A program made the translations under genes and the position numbers. A stretch of DNA of 64,000 nucleotides from an uncultured delta proteobacterium. GTDB lineage: Bacteria > Myxococcota_A > UBA9160 > SMWR01. Numbering within the stretch: position 1 is the first letter of the stretch; the number at the start of each line of letters is the position of its first letter. Positions 40,990 to 51,078 of the stretch are shown in pieces. The stretch spans positions 64,001-128,000 of the forward strand of contig CAWHTE010000003.1 in the NCBI GenBank assembly GCA_963832165.1, given 5' to 3'. Below the pieces are notes generated by a model, which was not told where the DNA came from, made no database searches, and saw only the letters and a list, made by a program, of their open reading frames with translations.

Positions 40990-42449
40990 TGGCGAGTCGG
41001 CTCGCGTTCCATCGAGCTCTGGTGGCGGTCGCGCTCGTGGCGTGGCTGGTCGCACCCGCGGGCCGCGCCCAAGAGGCGGCCCCCGCCGAGAAGCCCGCCG
41101 CTGCGCAACCGGAGGCGAAGCCCGCCGAGAAGGCCGGCGCGAACACCGCGCAAGACCAGCCGCTCTCCGAGGAAGAAGAGGCGAAGCTCGACGCCGAGGA
41201 CGAGAAGAAGCGCGAGGAAGCCGAGCGCGGAACGAAGTGGCGCGCGAAGACCAAGCAGGAGGCCAAGGAGGCCGAGGCCGCGATGGCGCGCACCGTCGGA
41301 CGCCGCACCGGCCGGTTCCTGGCCAAGGCCAGCGAGCTCTTCACGGAGAGGAAGTACGACGAGTCGAACGAGGTGCTCGGGCGGTTGAACCTGAAGCGGC
41401 TCAACTCGTACGAGCGCGCACTCGTCTACAAGTACCAGGGCTACAACGCGTACGGGAAGGAACAGGTCGCCACCGCGATCGAGATGCTGCGCAAGGTGCT
41501 CGCCGAGAACATCCTGCCCAAGCAGGACTCCGCCGATCTCCTGTTCCAGATCTCCCAGATGCAGATGGGCACGGAGAAGTACGAGGACGCGATCGCCACG
41601 TTGAAGGAATGGTTCGCGCAGGAAGAGAAGCCGGGTGCCGTGGCCTACTTCGCGCTCGCGATCGCCTACTACCAGCTCAAGGACTTCGAAGCGGCGCTCG
41701 TGCCCGCCAAGAAGGCGATCGAGGTCGCCGAGAACCCGCAGCAGGGCTGGCTCCAGCTCGTGCTCGCGATCTACTTGAACAAAGAGGACTACGCGTCGGC
41801 GACGCCCGTGCTCGTGCAGCTGCTCTCGCGCTATCCCCAGGTGGGCAAGGCGTACTGGATGCAGCTCGCCACGCTCTACGGCGTGCAGAAGGACATCCCG
41901 CGCGCGCTCGCGATCATGCAGCTCGCGCACCGCCAGAAGTTGCTGGACGAGGACGCGAACGTGCGCCGGCTCGCCTCGCTGCTCCAGTCCGAGGACATCC
42001 CGATCCGCTCGGTGAAGGTGCTCGAGCAGGGATTCGAGCAGAAGGTCCTCAAGGAGGAAGCGACCTCCTACGAGCTGCTCGGCAACAGCTGGATCCTCGC
42101 GCGCGAGGCCGACAAGGCGGAGCCCGCATTGCAGAAGGCGGCCGATCTGTCGCCCGAGGGCGACATCTACGTGCGGCTCGGCCAGGTGCGGCTGCTCAAA
42201 GAGGACTACGCAGGCGCGACCACCGCGCTCAAGAGCGGTCTCGCAAAGGGCGGTCTCGACGATCCGGGCGCGGTCGAGCTCCTGCTCGGGATCACGTACT
42301 TCAACGAGGGCAAGCTCGGAGAGGCGCGCAGCTGGTTCGAGAAGTCGCGCCGCTCGGAGAAGTCGCGTCCGACGTCGGACGCCTGGATCAAGCACATCGA
42401 CGAAGAGCTCGCGAAGCAGAGCGGTGAGTCGGGTGCGGTGGGAATGTGA
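40989..42449 (+). CDS. Exported TPR protein (TtpD-like)
   Basis: Signal peptide; multiple TPRs (LNSYERAL, YWMQLATLY). Confidence 0.8.
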   Translation: MASRLAFHRALVAVALVAWLVAPAGRAQEAAPAEKPAAAQPEAKPAEKAGANTAQDQPLSEEEEAKLDAEDEKKREEAERGTKWRAKTKQEAKEAEAAMARTVGRRTGRFLAKASELFTERKYDESNEVLGRLNLKRLNSYERALVYKYQGYNAYGKEQVATAIEMLRKVLAENILPKQDSADLLFQISQMQMGTEKYEDAIATLKEWFAQEEKPGAVAYFALAIAYYQLKDFEAALVPAKKAIEVAENPQQGWLQLVLAIYLNKEDYASATPVLVQLLSRYPQVGKAYWMQLATLYGVQKDIPRALAIMQLAHRQKLLDEDANVRRLASLLQSEDIPIRSVKVLEQGFEQKVLKEEATSYELLGNSWILAREADKAEPALQKAADLSPEGDIYVRLGQVRLLKEDYAGATTALKSGLAKGGLDDPGAVELLLGITYFNEGKLGEARSWFEKSRRSEKSRPTSDAWIKHIDEELAKQSGESGAVGM

Positions 42450-42475
42450 AAATTCGCAATCGGAAGGAAACAGAG

Positions 42476-43333
42476 ATGAAGTACGTGACACGCACATCGA
42501 TCACGGCGCTCGCCGCCGTCCTGCTCGTGTGGGCGGTGTGGCCGGCCGCCGCGGAAGAAGAGAAGAAGGGCGTGCCGCTCGAGACAGTCGTCCAGGCGCA
42601 GATCGCCGCGGACCAGGACGCCGTCGCTTCGCAGAAGAAGATCAACGAGCTCGACGACCAGGCCAAGGAGATGCTGCAGAAGTACAACCTGCTCGTGGCG
42701 GAAGCCGCGAGCATGAACAACTACAGCGATCAGCTCCAGCTGCAGGTCAAGGACCAGGGTGACGCGATCGCGTCGTACAACCAGCAGCTCGTCGACATCG
42801 AGCACACGGCGCGCGAAGTGATGCCGATGATGCAGCGCATGCTCGACCAGATCGACCGCTTCGTCGAGCTCGACATCCCGTTCCAGCTCGAGGAGCGGCG
42901 CGGGCGCATCCAGAAGCTCAAGGACGTGATGGGCAAGGCCGACGTCGCGATCTCGGAGAAGTACCGCCGGATCGTCGAGGCCTATCAGATCGAGCTCGAC
43001 TTCGGGCGCACGCTCGAATCCTACGACGGCAAGCTCGAGGGCGATGCCGCGGGCCGCACGGTGAAGTTCCTGCGGATCGGACGCGTGGCGCTGCTCTACC
43101 AGACCCTGGACGGCGAGGAGACCGGCTACTGGGACAACGACAAGAAGGGCTGGGTGGTCGACAACCACTACCGCGAGGCCATGATGGAGGGCGTTTCCGT
43201 AGCGCTCAAGGAGGGCGCTCCGGAGCTGATCGAGGCGCCCGTGCACGCGCCCCAGGACTCCGCCCCGGCCGAGGCTCCCGCCCCCATCGCTCCCGCGGCG
43301 CAGAGCGCCACGGACACGGAGACGCAGTCATGA
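42476..43333 (+). CDS. DUF3450 family protein (TtpB-like)
   Basis: SQKKINEL, DIPFQLEER, EKYRRIVEAYQIE, FLRIGRVALLYQTLDG. Confidence 0.88.
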   Translation: MKYVTRTSITALAAVLLVWAVWPAAAEEEKKGVPLETVVQAQIAADQDAVASQKKINELDDQAKEMLQKYNLLVAEAASMNNYSDQLQLQVKDQGDAIASYNQQLVDIEHTAREVMPMMQRMLDQIDRFVELDIPFQLEERRGRIQKLKDVMGKADVAISEKYRRIVEAYQIELDFGRTLESYDGKLEGDAAGRTVKFLRIGRVALLYQTLDGEETGYWDNDKKGWVVDNHYREAMMEGVSVALKEGAPELIEAPVHAPQDSAPAEAPAPIAPAAQSATDTETQS

Positions 43334-44719
43334 TCCGCAAGGTCCTCCTCTCCCTCTCCCTCGCCCTCGCGGTGCAGATGCCGCTCGCGTTCGGCGCGAT
43401 CGGCGCCGACACGCTCGACGACCTGCTCGCGGAGACCCAGAAGGCGCGCGCCGCGGAAGCGGAGGAGAACAAGAAGCGCGAGGCGGAGTTCCTCTCGAGC
43501 CGCGACCGCCAGAAGGCGATGCTCGACGAGGCGCAGGCCAAGCACAACGCGGCCAGGGCGCGCAGCGAGAGCCTCTCGGCGCAGTTCGACGCCAACGAGG
43601 TGACGCTCGCCGACCTCGAGACCAAGCTCAAGGCGCGCGAGGGCAACCTCGGCGAGCTGTTCGGCGTGACCCGCCAGGTGGCCGGCGACACGTCGGCGAT
43701 CCTCTACAACTCGCTCACCAGCGCGCAGTACCGCGGGCGCGACGAGTTCTTCACCAAGCTCGCCAAGAGCAAGGTATTGCCGACGATCCCCGAGTTCGAG
43801 CAGCTCGCATTCGAGCTCCTGCGCGAGATCACCGAGACCGGGCGCGTGGCGCGCTGGAAGACCGAGATCGTGACCGCGGACGGCGAGAAAGAGGTCACCG
43901 ACGTGGTGCGGATCGGCGGCTTCATCGCGATGGCCGGTGAACGTTATCTGGACTTCAACCCCAAGCTCGGCACGTTCTCGGTCTTCGCGCGCCAGCCTCC
44001 CCAGAGCGAGCTGATCGAGGCCGCGCGCGCACTGACTTCGGCGACCTCCGGCTACCACGAGGCGTTCGTCGACCCGTCACGCGGCGTGCTCCTGTCGATC
44101 TACACGCAGCGCCCCTCGGTCTGGGAGCGCGTCGAAAATGGCGAGAAGATCAACTACGTGATCCTCCTGGTCGGCTTCATCGGCCTGGTCGTGTTCGGTG
44201 TACCAGTTCTTCTACCTGATCCTCGTGCGCCGCAAGGTGGCGCACCAGCTCAAGCACCTCGACCGGCCGATGCGCGACAACCCGCTCGGCCGCGTGCTCG
44301 CCACGTTCCGCGGCGATCCCCAGATGATCGAGGACGACGTCGAGGTCGTGGAGCTCCGGATCTCCGAGGCCGTGCTCAAGGAGGTGCCGACGGTGGAGCG
44401 CTTCCAGGCGTTCCTGCGCCTCGCCGTCGCAGCGGGCCCGCTGCTCGGACTGGTCGGAACCGTGGTCGGTATGATCATCACGTTCCAGAGCATCACCGAG
44501 TCGGGCTCCTCCGACCCCAAGCTCATGGCCCACGGCATCGGTGCCGCGATGATGGCGACCGTGCTCGGCCTCGGCATCGCGATCCCGCTGCTTTTCATCA
44601 ATGCGGCGCTCGCGACCATGTCGCGCAGCGTGGTGCAGGTGCTCGACGAGCAGAGCAACGGCCTGCTCGCGGAGCACATCGAGCGCAAGCAGGGCCGGAG
44701 CGAGGACGCGAATGTCTGA
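43330..44719 (+). CDS. Large MotA/TolQ/ExbB proton channel protein with periplasmic domain (TtpC-like; frameshift at ~44198)
   Basis: LGELFGV.RQ, VVRIGGF, DPSRG; GPLLGLVGTVVGMIITFQSIT...DPKLMA.GI..A...TVLGL. Confidence 0.88.
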
Positions 44720-45245
44720 CGTCGGTGACCTCCTGATCACGCCCTACCGCATCGTGGCGGACATGATCGAGCTCGGCGGTTTTTGGGTCATCTTCATCTT
44801 CCTCTCCGGACTCCTGCTCTGGACGCTCGTGCTCGAGCGGTACTGGTACTTCTCGCGCATTCTTCCCAGGCAGGCCCAGCAGTATCTCTCCGCATGGAAG
44901 GTGCGCTCGGACCACACCTCGTGGTGCGCGCGCTCGATCCGCCAGATGATGATCTCGAAGCTCAACGCGGGAATGTCGGCGAACCAGATCCTGATGAAGA
45001 CGCTCGTGCCGCTCGCGCCGCTGCTCGGACTGGTCGGCACGGTGTCCGGCATGCTCAAGGTGTTCGAGTCGATGGCGTTGCTCGGGTCGGCCGACGCGCG
45101 CACGATGGCCAATGGCGTCTCGGAGGCGATGATCTGCACGCTGACGGGCCTCGCGGTGAGCATCACGGGCTTGTATCCGGTCTATTACTTCGGCCACCGC
45201 ACGCGCCGCGAGACCGAGCTGCTCGCGGACCACTTCGAGTTCTGA
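44712..45245 (+). CDS. exbB: MotA/TolQ/ExbB proton channel protein
   Basis: LERYWY, APLLGLVGTVSGM, MANGVSEAMICT. Confidence 0.88.
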   Translation: MSDVGDLLITPYRIVADMIELGGFWVIFIFLSGLLLWTLVLERYWYFSRILPRQAQQYLSAWKVRSDHTSWCARSIRQMMISKLNAGMSANQILMKTLVPLAPLLGLVGTVSGMLKVFESMALLGSADARTMANGVSEAMICTLTGLAVSITGLYPVYYFGHRTRRETELLADHFEF

Positions 45246-45246
45246 G

Positions 45247-45654
45247 ATGAAGACGCGCCGCGTATCCGGGGCCGACGTATCACATTCCGGCATCGATCTC
45301 GCGCCGATGCTCGACTTCGTGATGAACCTGCTGATCTTCTTCATCATCACCGCCGTATTCGCGAAGGAGGTCGGGATCGAGGTGTCGCGGCCGGGCTCGG
45401 GCGCGGGCGAGGGCGGCAAGGAATCGAAGAGCATGATCGTGACGATCTACGGCACCGGCGACATCGAGATCGAAGGGCGCATGGTGGACGCGCGCGCGGT
45501 GCGCGCGAACGTCGAACGCATGCACGCAGTGAAGCCCGAGAACGGCGTGATGGTGGTGGCCGACAAGAGCATCCATTCCGGTCTGCTCGTCGAGGTGCTC
45601 GATCAGATCCGCCTGGGTGGGGTCACGGACATCTCGTTCGGCGCGACGAAGTAG
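45247..45654 (+). CDS. exbD: Biopolymer transporter ExbD
   Basis: IDLAPMLDFVMNLLIFFII, VVADK. Confidence 0.9.
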   Translation: MKTRRVSGADVSHSGIDLAPMLDFVMNLLIFFIITAVFAKEVGIEVSRPGSGAGEGGKESKSMIVTIYGTGDIEIEGRMVDARAVRANVERMHAVKPENGVMVVADKSIHSGLLVEVLDQIRLGGVTDISFGATK

Positions 45655-45663
45655 GGTCGAGAA

Positions 45664-46074
45664 ATGGCACAGCAGCACACAGCCGAATCGGAAGAAACCG
45701 GCATCGACCTCGCGCCGATGCTCGACTTCGTGATGAATCTGCTGATCTTCTTCATCATCACGACCTCGTTCATCAAGGAGGCCGGGATCCAGGTCGACAA
45801 GGGCCTCTCGGTTACCGCGGTCCACAAGGAATCCGGCAACATCCTGATCGCGATCCGCCAGAACGGCGAGATCTGGATGGATCGCAAGCAGGTGGATCTG
45901 CGCGAGGTGCGCCCGATCATCGAGCGCTTCCACATCGAACGCCCCGAGGACACGGTCGTGGTGGTCGCGGACAAGGCGGCGCCCGTCGGCACGCTCGCGC
46001 AGGTGATGGACCAGGTGAAGTCGGCCGGGATCAAGGACGTCGCGATCGGCGCCCAGAATCCGGCGGGCGGCTGA
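45664..46074 (+). CDS. exbD: Biopolymer transporter ExbD (second copy)
   Basis: IDLAPMLDFVMNLLIFFIITTSF, VVADK...VMDQVK.AGI. Confidence 0.9.
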   Translation: MAQQHTAESEETGIDLAPMLDFVMNLLIFFIITTSFIKEAGIQVDKGLSVTAVHKESGNILIAIRQNGEIWMDRKQVDLREVRPIIERFHIERPEDTVVVVADKAAPVGTLAQVMDQVKSAGIKDVAIGAQNPAGG

Positions 46075-46080
46075 TCTCAG

Positions 46081-47034
46081 CTAGGCGAAGCGCACCGCGC
46101 CGAGCTTGCGCGCTGCGATCACGACCTGCACTGCGCGGATGCGGTCCGCGCCGTCGAGCTCGATGTGCAGCAGGGTGCGCGGCGCCTGTCGGCGCTGGGG
46201 GGCGCCGAGCACCGTGAGCAACGCGGGCAGGCCGTTCACCACGCGGATCTCGGAGCGCGCGTCCGACTTCTGCCGGTGGAGCGCGGCCATCTGATAGAAG
46301 CGCGCCACGCGCGCGCGCCCGGACATCGGCTGCGCGAGCGCCGTGAACTCGCCGTTCGCGTCCGTGATCGTCGAGACGGAATCCGTGAACAGCGCCTCGA
46401 GCCCGTTCGCGTCCTGCGCGAGCAGGCAGGTCTGCAGCCGCTCGAGCGCGGCGCGGTGGCGGTCGCGCAGCGCCGCGTCGGGAACGCAGCGGTCGCGGTC
46501 GTAGTCGGCGAGCGCGCGCCGGCCGCGCAGGTGCAGGACGCGCACGTTCTCCTCGCTGGTCGCGAGCACGTCGGCGGTCTCGCGCGCCGTGTAGCCCAGC
46601 ACGTCGCGCAAGAGCAGCGCTGCGCGCGGCCGCGGCCCGAGCGCCTCGAGTGCGATCAGGAATGCGAACGTCGCGCTCTCCTGGAGCCCGTAGCGGCGCT
46701 CCGGATCGCTGTGCTCGCCCGCGCGCGGCAGGTCGCGCTCGTCGCCGTCGTCCTCGATCGCTCCGGGCAGCCACGGCCCTTCGTAGCGCCGGCGCTTGCG
46801 CCGGCGCAGCACGTCGATGGCGAGGTTGGTCACGACGCGCACGAGCCAGGGCGCGAGCGATCCCGCAAGCGGCTCGGGCGGCGCCCCGACCGCGCGCGCG
46901 AACGCCTCCTGCACCACGTCGTCGGCATCGGCGGCGGTGCCGGTCAGGCGATAGGCGAGCGCGAAGAGCGAGCCGCGCTCGGCGCGAAACAGCGCGTCGA
47001 GGTCGGCGGCGGGAGCTCGCGCCTCGCTCTGCAT
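46081..47034 (-). CDS. ECF sigma factor with SnoaL-like C-terminal extension (ECF41/SigJ-like)
   Basis: LAYRLTG..ADADDVVQEA, RRYEGPWLPG, ALEAL.PR.RAALLLRDV, C-terminal TDANG and VNGLPA. Confidence 0.85.
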   Translation of the reverse strand: MQSEARAPAADLDALFRAERGSLFALAYRLTGTAADADDVVQEAFARAVGAPPEPLAGSLAPWLVRVVTNLAIDVLRRRKRRRYEGPWLPGAIEDDGDERDLPRAGEHSDPERRYGLQESATFAFLIALEALGPRPRAALLLRDVLGYTARETADVLATSEENVRVLHLRGRRALADYDRDRCVPDAALRDRHRAALERLQTCLLAQDANGLEALFTDSVSTITDANGEFTALAQPMSGRARVARFYQMAALHRQKSDARSEIRVVNGLPALLTVLGAPQRRQAPRTLLHIELDGADRIRAVQVVIAARKLGAVRFA

Positions 47035-47063
47035 CTCGTCTCTCCGGGCCCCTTTGCCGTAAC

Positions 47064-47090
47064 GACGCGCGGGGACCGCGAAACGTTACA
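47064..47090 (-). promoter_or_regulatory. ECF41-type promoter, likely autoregulatory
   Basis: TGTAACG-N16-CGTC on the minus strand, ~30 bp before the sigma ATG; ECF41 consensus is TGTCACA-N16-CGTC. Confidence 0.6.
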
Positions 47091-47102
47091 GCGCGGCCCC
47101 GG

Positions 47103-47399
47103 TCAGCGAGTGCCCTCGACCAGGATCGCGAAGTGCTTGGAGGTCGCCTTGAGGCGCTTGCCGATCACCGCCTGGTACTCGCCCGACTCGTAGAGCGCCT
47201 TTGCCTTCTCCTTCGATTCGAACTGGAGCACCACGGTCTGGCGGCCCGCGTCGTCCCCCTCGATCCGATTCGTGGCCGGATCGAACGCGATCAGCTGGCA
47301 CTCGGTCCCGATCTTCATCGCCGGGCCGGCAGCCTTCGCATATTCCCCGTAGGTCGCGGGGTCCTCGACTTCGTAGTTCACGATCAGGTACGCCGACAT
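47103..47399 (-). CDS. DUF1330 family protein
   Basis: MSAYLIV...YGEY, VVLQFESKEKAKALYESGEYQ; AGGAGG SD. Confidence 0.88.
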   Translation of the reverse strand: MSAYLIVNYEVEDPATYGEYAKAAGPAMKIGTECQLIAFDPATNRIEGDDAGRQTVVLQFESKEKAKALYESGEYQAVIGKRLKATSKHFAILVEGTR

Positions 47400-47482
47400 C
47401 GTTCCTCCTGGCGTTGGGTGGGCGAAGATAGGGGCGCGTTTCCTGTTCCGCCGCGCGGTCGAGCGGGCACTCACCGGGTGCG

Positions 47483-48901
47483 ATGGTCGGACTCACGCGC
47501 CGCGCACAGTGGATTGCGGGGTTTCTGACGGCGCTCGCCACCCCGTCGGCGGGCGCCGTCGACGACGCCGCGATCCACGCGCTGATCGACGCGCTGAAAC
47601 CGGTCGCCGAGGCGATCGCGGTCGACGGCAGCTCGGCGGATTGGGGCGCGATCCCGGCCTTCGCCGACCCGTCGGGCGACGGCGGTGGAGACGCCTCGCG
47701 CGACATCACGGGCGTGCGAATCGCGCCGACCGCGACCGCGCTCACCGTGCTGATCGAGACCGCGGGGCCGCCCGCCGCCGCCGATTGGGCGTTCTGGATC
47801 CGTATCGATTTCATGGGCGAGCAGTACAACGACGTCGAGATCGCGCTGAATCCGAGCGGGAACGACGTGCTGTTCTATTCGCCAGAGGACGGCTGCGCCC
47901 AGCCCGCGCCGGACTACTGCTCGATGCCGTGGGAGCACGCCGCACTCGCGATCGGGAGCGCCGTGGAGATTCGCATTCCCTACGCCGAGCTCGACGCTGC
48001 GCTGCCGGCCTCGATGCAGGGGAAGCTCTCGGGAAGCGGCGCGCGGAGCTTCGTACGCGTCCAGCCGCATACGGTCGCCTATCCGCCGCCCGACTTCTTC
48101 TACACGGAGATCGACGACGGAGCGGCGGTCGGGAGCTTCCGGCTCGTGACGACACCCTACGCGCTCGATCCGCCGCTGCCGCCGGGCGGCGATGCCTACA
48201 CGGCGCTGCCGGATCCGTTGCCGGGACTCTGGTACGTGGGGCAGGGAGCGTTCACGCACGGGACGCACGCGGGCTACTGGGGATACGACCTGCACAAGAC
48301 CGACAACGCGCTGCATCCCGAGTCGCCACACGGAAGCACCGACCTCGACGACAACTTCAGCTTCGGCCAGGCGATCCTCGCACCGGCCGCGGGCACCGTG
48401 TACTCGCTCGAGAACACGAGGCCCGACCATCCACCGTACGATTACAGCGACCCGGGTCCGCCGAACTTCCTGTTTCTCGAGATCCCCGGGAATCTCGGCC
48501 TGCTGTTCAGCCACACGCAGCAGGGCACGATCCCGTTCACATCTGGCAACGCGGTGGCTTCGGGAGCGCTCGTCGGGCGCGTCGGGCATTCGGGCTCGAC
48601 GGGCTGGCCGCATCTGCACTACGGCGCCGAGGAGATCGACAACGGCTTCGCGAGCCACCCGCTCGGCATCACGAACGCGAACGTGGGGCTGAACCCGACA
48701 GCGTCCGACCCGTGGCGCCGCACGATCCCCTCCTGGGGCATTCGCGAGGGTTTCTTCGTGTTGCCCGAGCCCGACGCCGACCTCGTGTTCGTTGCGGGAG
48801 TCGCGCTGCTCGTGCTCCTGTCGCAGATCAGGCGCGTGCGCGCTTCCTTCGCCGCGCGAGCGCCCAGAGCAGCGCGCCGCCGCCTGCGAGTCCGGGCATA
48901 G
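47483..48901 (+). CDS. Exported M23 family peptidase-like protein with PEP-CTERM-like anchor
   Basis: Signal peptide; THG...GYD, ILAPAAGTV, FSH, VGHSGSTGWPHLHY; LPEPD followed by a TM helix and basic residues. Confidence 0.75.
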   Translation: MVGLTRRAQWIAGFLTALATPSAGAVDDAAIHALIDALKPVAEAIAVDGSSADWGAIPAFADPSGDGGGDASRDITGVRIAPTATALTVLIETAGPPAAADWAFWIRIDFMGEQYNDVEIALNPSGNDVLFYSPEDGCAQPAPDYCSMPWEHAALAIGSAVEIRIPYAELDAALPASMQGKLSGSGARSFVRVQPHTVAYPPPDFFYTEIDDGAAVGSFRLVTTPYALDPPLPPGGDAYTALPDPLPGLWYVGQGAFTHGTHAGYWGYDLHKTDNALHPESPHGSTDLDDNFSFGQAILAPAAGTVYSLENTRPDHPPYDYSDPGPPNFLFLEIPGNLGLLFSHTQQGTIPFTSGNAVASGALVGRVGHSGSTGWPHLHYGAEEIDNGFASHPLGITNANVGLNPTASDPWRRTIPSWGIREGFFVLPEPDADLVFVAGVALLVLLSQIRRVRASFAARAPRAARRRLRVRA

Positions 48902-50961
48902 CGCCGGGCTCGGGCAGGAGCGTGCCCTCGTGGGTTCCCGCGCCCGCGAGCTCGATCACGCGCGAGTCCGAGAGCGTGATCTGCGCGGGCCCGTCCGTGG
49001 TGATGCTGTAGTCGATCGGGGTCTGGGAATCGAGGCACGCCCCGCCGCTCGAGGCGTCGATTGCGAACGAGGCGACGTGCCCGAGCGTGGCCTCGATCCG
49101 GTTCTGCGGCGCGATCGGCGTGAGACCCACGACCGAGAAGCTCTGCGCCTCCCAGGGCACCGGATCGATGCCCACGCTGGGTGGATTCTCCGCGAACGTG
49201 CGCTCGAAGCCGCCACAGCCGAACGACTTGATGTCGATGTCGGCGTAGTCGCGCTCTTCGGGGTCGGTGTAGGTGCTGCGGATCTCGGAGATCCAGTAGG
49301 CGCGATCGTGGCGGATCCCGAGCTCGGGCGAATCGGCGAACGGCGCCGTCCGGTACGTGACGCGCGGTGGCTGCGTCCGCCGCACGAGATTCGCCGTGTA
49401 GGCGGCCTCCTTCATCCAGTCGTCGAAGAGCGCATACGTGAAGTGCTCGGCGGCCGGGTGGTAGTAGAAGATGTGCGGAAAGCCCGTCGCCGCGAGCAGA
49501 CCGCGCAGCCAGAGTCCCTGCGCGCTGTTCACGAGCTCGTCGGCGCCGCTGTAGAGCAGCGCCCCGTCGACCTCGCGCAGGTTCATGACCCACTCGGCGG
49601 GAATGCCGACCTCGCCCGCCTCGCAGCGCTGGACGTCGGGCTGGCCGCACGCGTCGCCGGGGTAGCCCACCCAGTCGATATAGCCCGCGAAGCGATCGGG
49701 ATAGGTCGTGGCGAAGCGCAGCGTGCCGTAGCCGCCCATCGAGTAGCCGCCCGCGAACACGCGATCGAGGTCGACGGGATAGTTCGCCTCGACGTCGGAC
49801 ATCACGTCGAGCACGTCGCGCTCGGAGATGTCGGAGTAGAAGCCCGCGGGACCGCGGCCCAGCGGCACGATGATGATCCGGTTCAGCGCTTCGCCGATGT
49901 TCTGCTGCAGTCCCTCGTGCAGCGGATTGGCGCTCGAGATCAGGCTCGTGTGGTTGGCGGAGAAGCCGTGCAGCGCGAGCTGCAGGCCGTGCGGCGCGGG
50001 CTCGTCCGGCACGTAGATCCCATACGGCTGGTTCCTGCCGACGAAGTGGAACTCCTGCGCGAACGAACCTGCCGCGCCGGAGACGCCGCGTCCGGGGATG
50101 CCGTCGAAGTTCACTCCCTCGGCGCCCGTGTCGTGGACGATCGCGCCGTCGCCGTTCAGCGCGATCGTGTAGTCGGACGTGTAGACGCGCTCGTAATAGC
50201 CAGGGCCCGGTCCCGCGAGCTCGGTGGCGCCGCCCGTGAGGTCGGAGACCTTGACCACGTGGCCGAACTGCGAGATGTCGCCGGACTCGAGCGCGGCGGC
50301 CTGCTGATCCTCGAACCAGGATCCGGCTTCGCTCGTACCGCGGAACGCGACGTTCATCACCGCGCGCGTGCTCGCGACCGCGGCGACCGCCTGCAGCCGC
50401 CAGTGCGTTGCCGGACGGAAGCGGGATCGCGCCCTCGATCGTATTCGTGACGGGATTCCCGCTCGAGAACAGGTGCAGCTCGTCCCAGCCCGTGCTCGAG
50501 AGCGGCGTCGCGAAGTCGGGGAGCGCGATCAGGTCCGCCCAGGTGCCGCCGCCCGTCGCAGCCTTGTCGTCGCTGTCGATCGCGAGCGCCACGACCGTGC
50601 TGTCCGCGTCGAACAGCGAGTTCATCTCGAACGTCACGAGCAGCTGATCGCCCGATACGCGCAGCCGGATCGCCGCGATGTCGGCGTAGTTGTTCACTGT
50701 GCTGCTGTCCGCGTTGGGATAGCTCTGCGCGCCGGTCGGGTTCGACAGCGATCCGGTCGAAGGAGCCTGCCCGAGCCCTCCCGATGCGCCGTAGTCGTCG
50801 TAGACGTAATCGCGGTAGACGAGCTCGCCGGCACAGATCTCGACGGTGCCCGCGATCCAGGAGCCGGTGCCGCAGCCCGTGGGGGGTACGGGCGGGTCTG
50901 CCGCTGCGCTCGATCCGACTAACAGAACTGTCGACAGAATCGCCGCCAATCGTCGGACCAT
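48828..50961 (-). CDS. Exported alpha/beta hydrolase with PEP-CTERM anchor (frameshift at ~50405)
   Basis: Signal peptide; LHG, GYSMGGYG nucleophile elbow, ADELV, AEH; LPEPGAMPGLAGGGALLWALARRRKR. Confidence 0.8.
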
Positions 50962-51078
50962 GACGCAGCACCTCCCTCGGAGCGAGCTGGGATCATATGT
51001 CCGGTGCGAGCGAAAAGTCGAGGCGGCGGGGTGCGAACTGATTCGACCAACTAATTCGACTCGCGAAGCACGACCCTA

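Noticed and set aside
45290..45760. Near-identical ~55-nt stretches in the two exbD genes as a mobile repeat
   Set aside because: They encode the conserved ExbD TM segment of paralogs.
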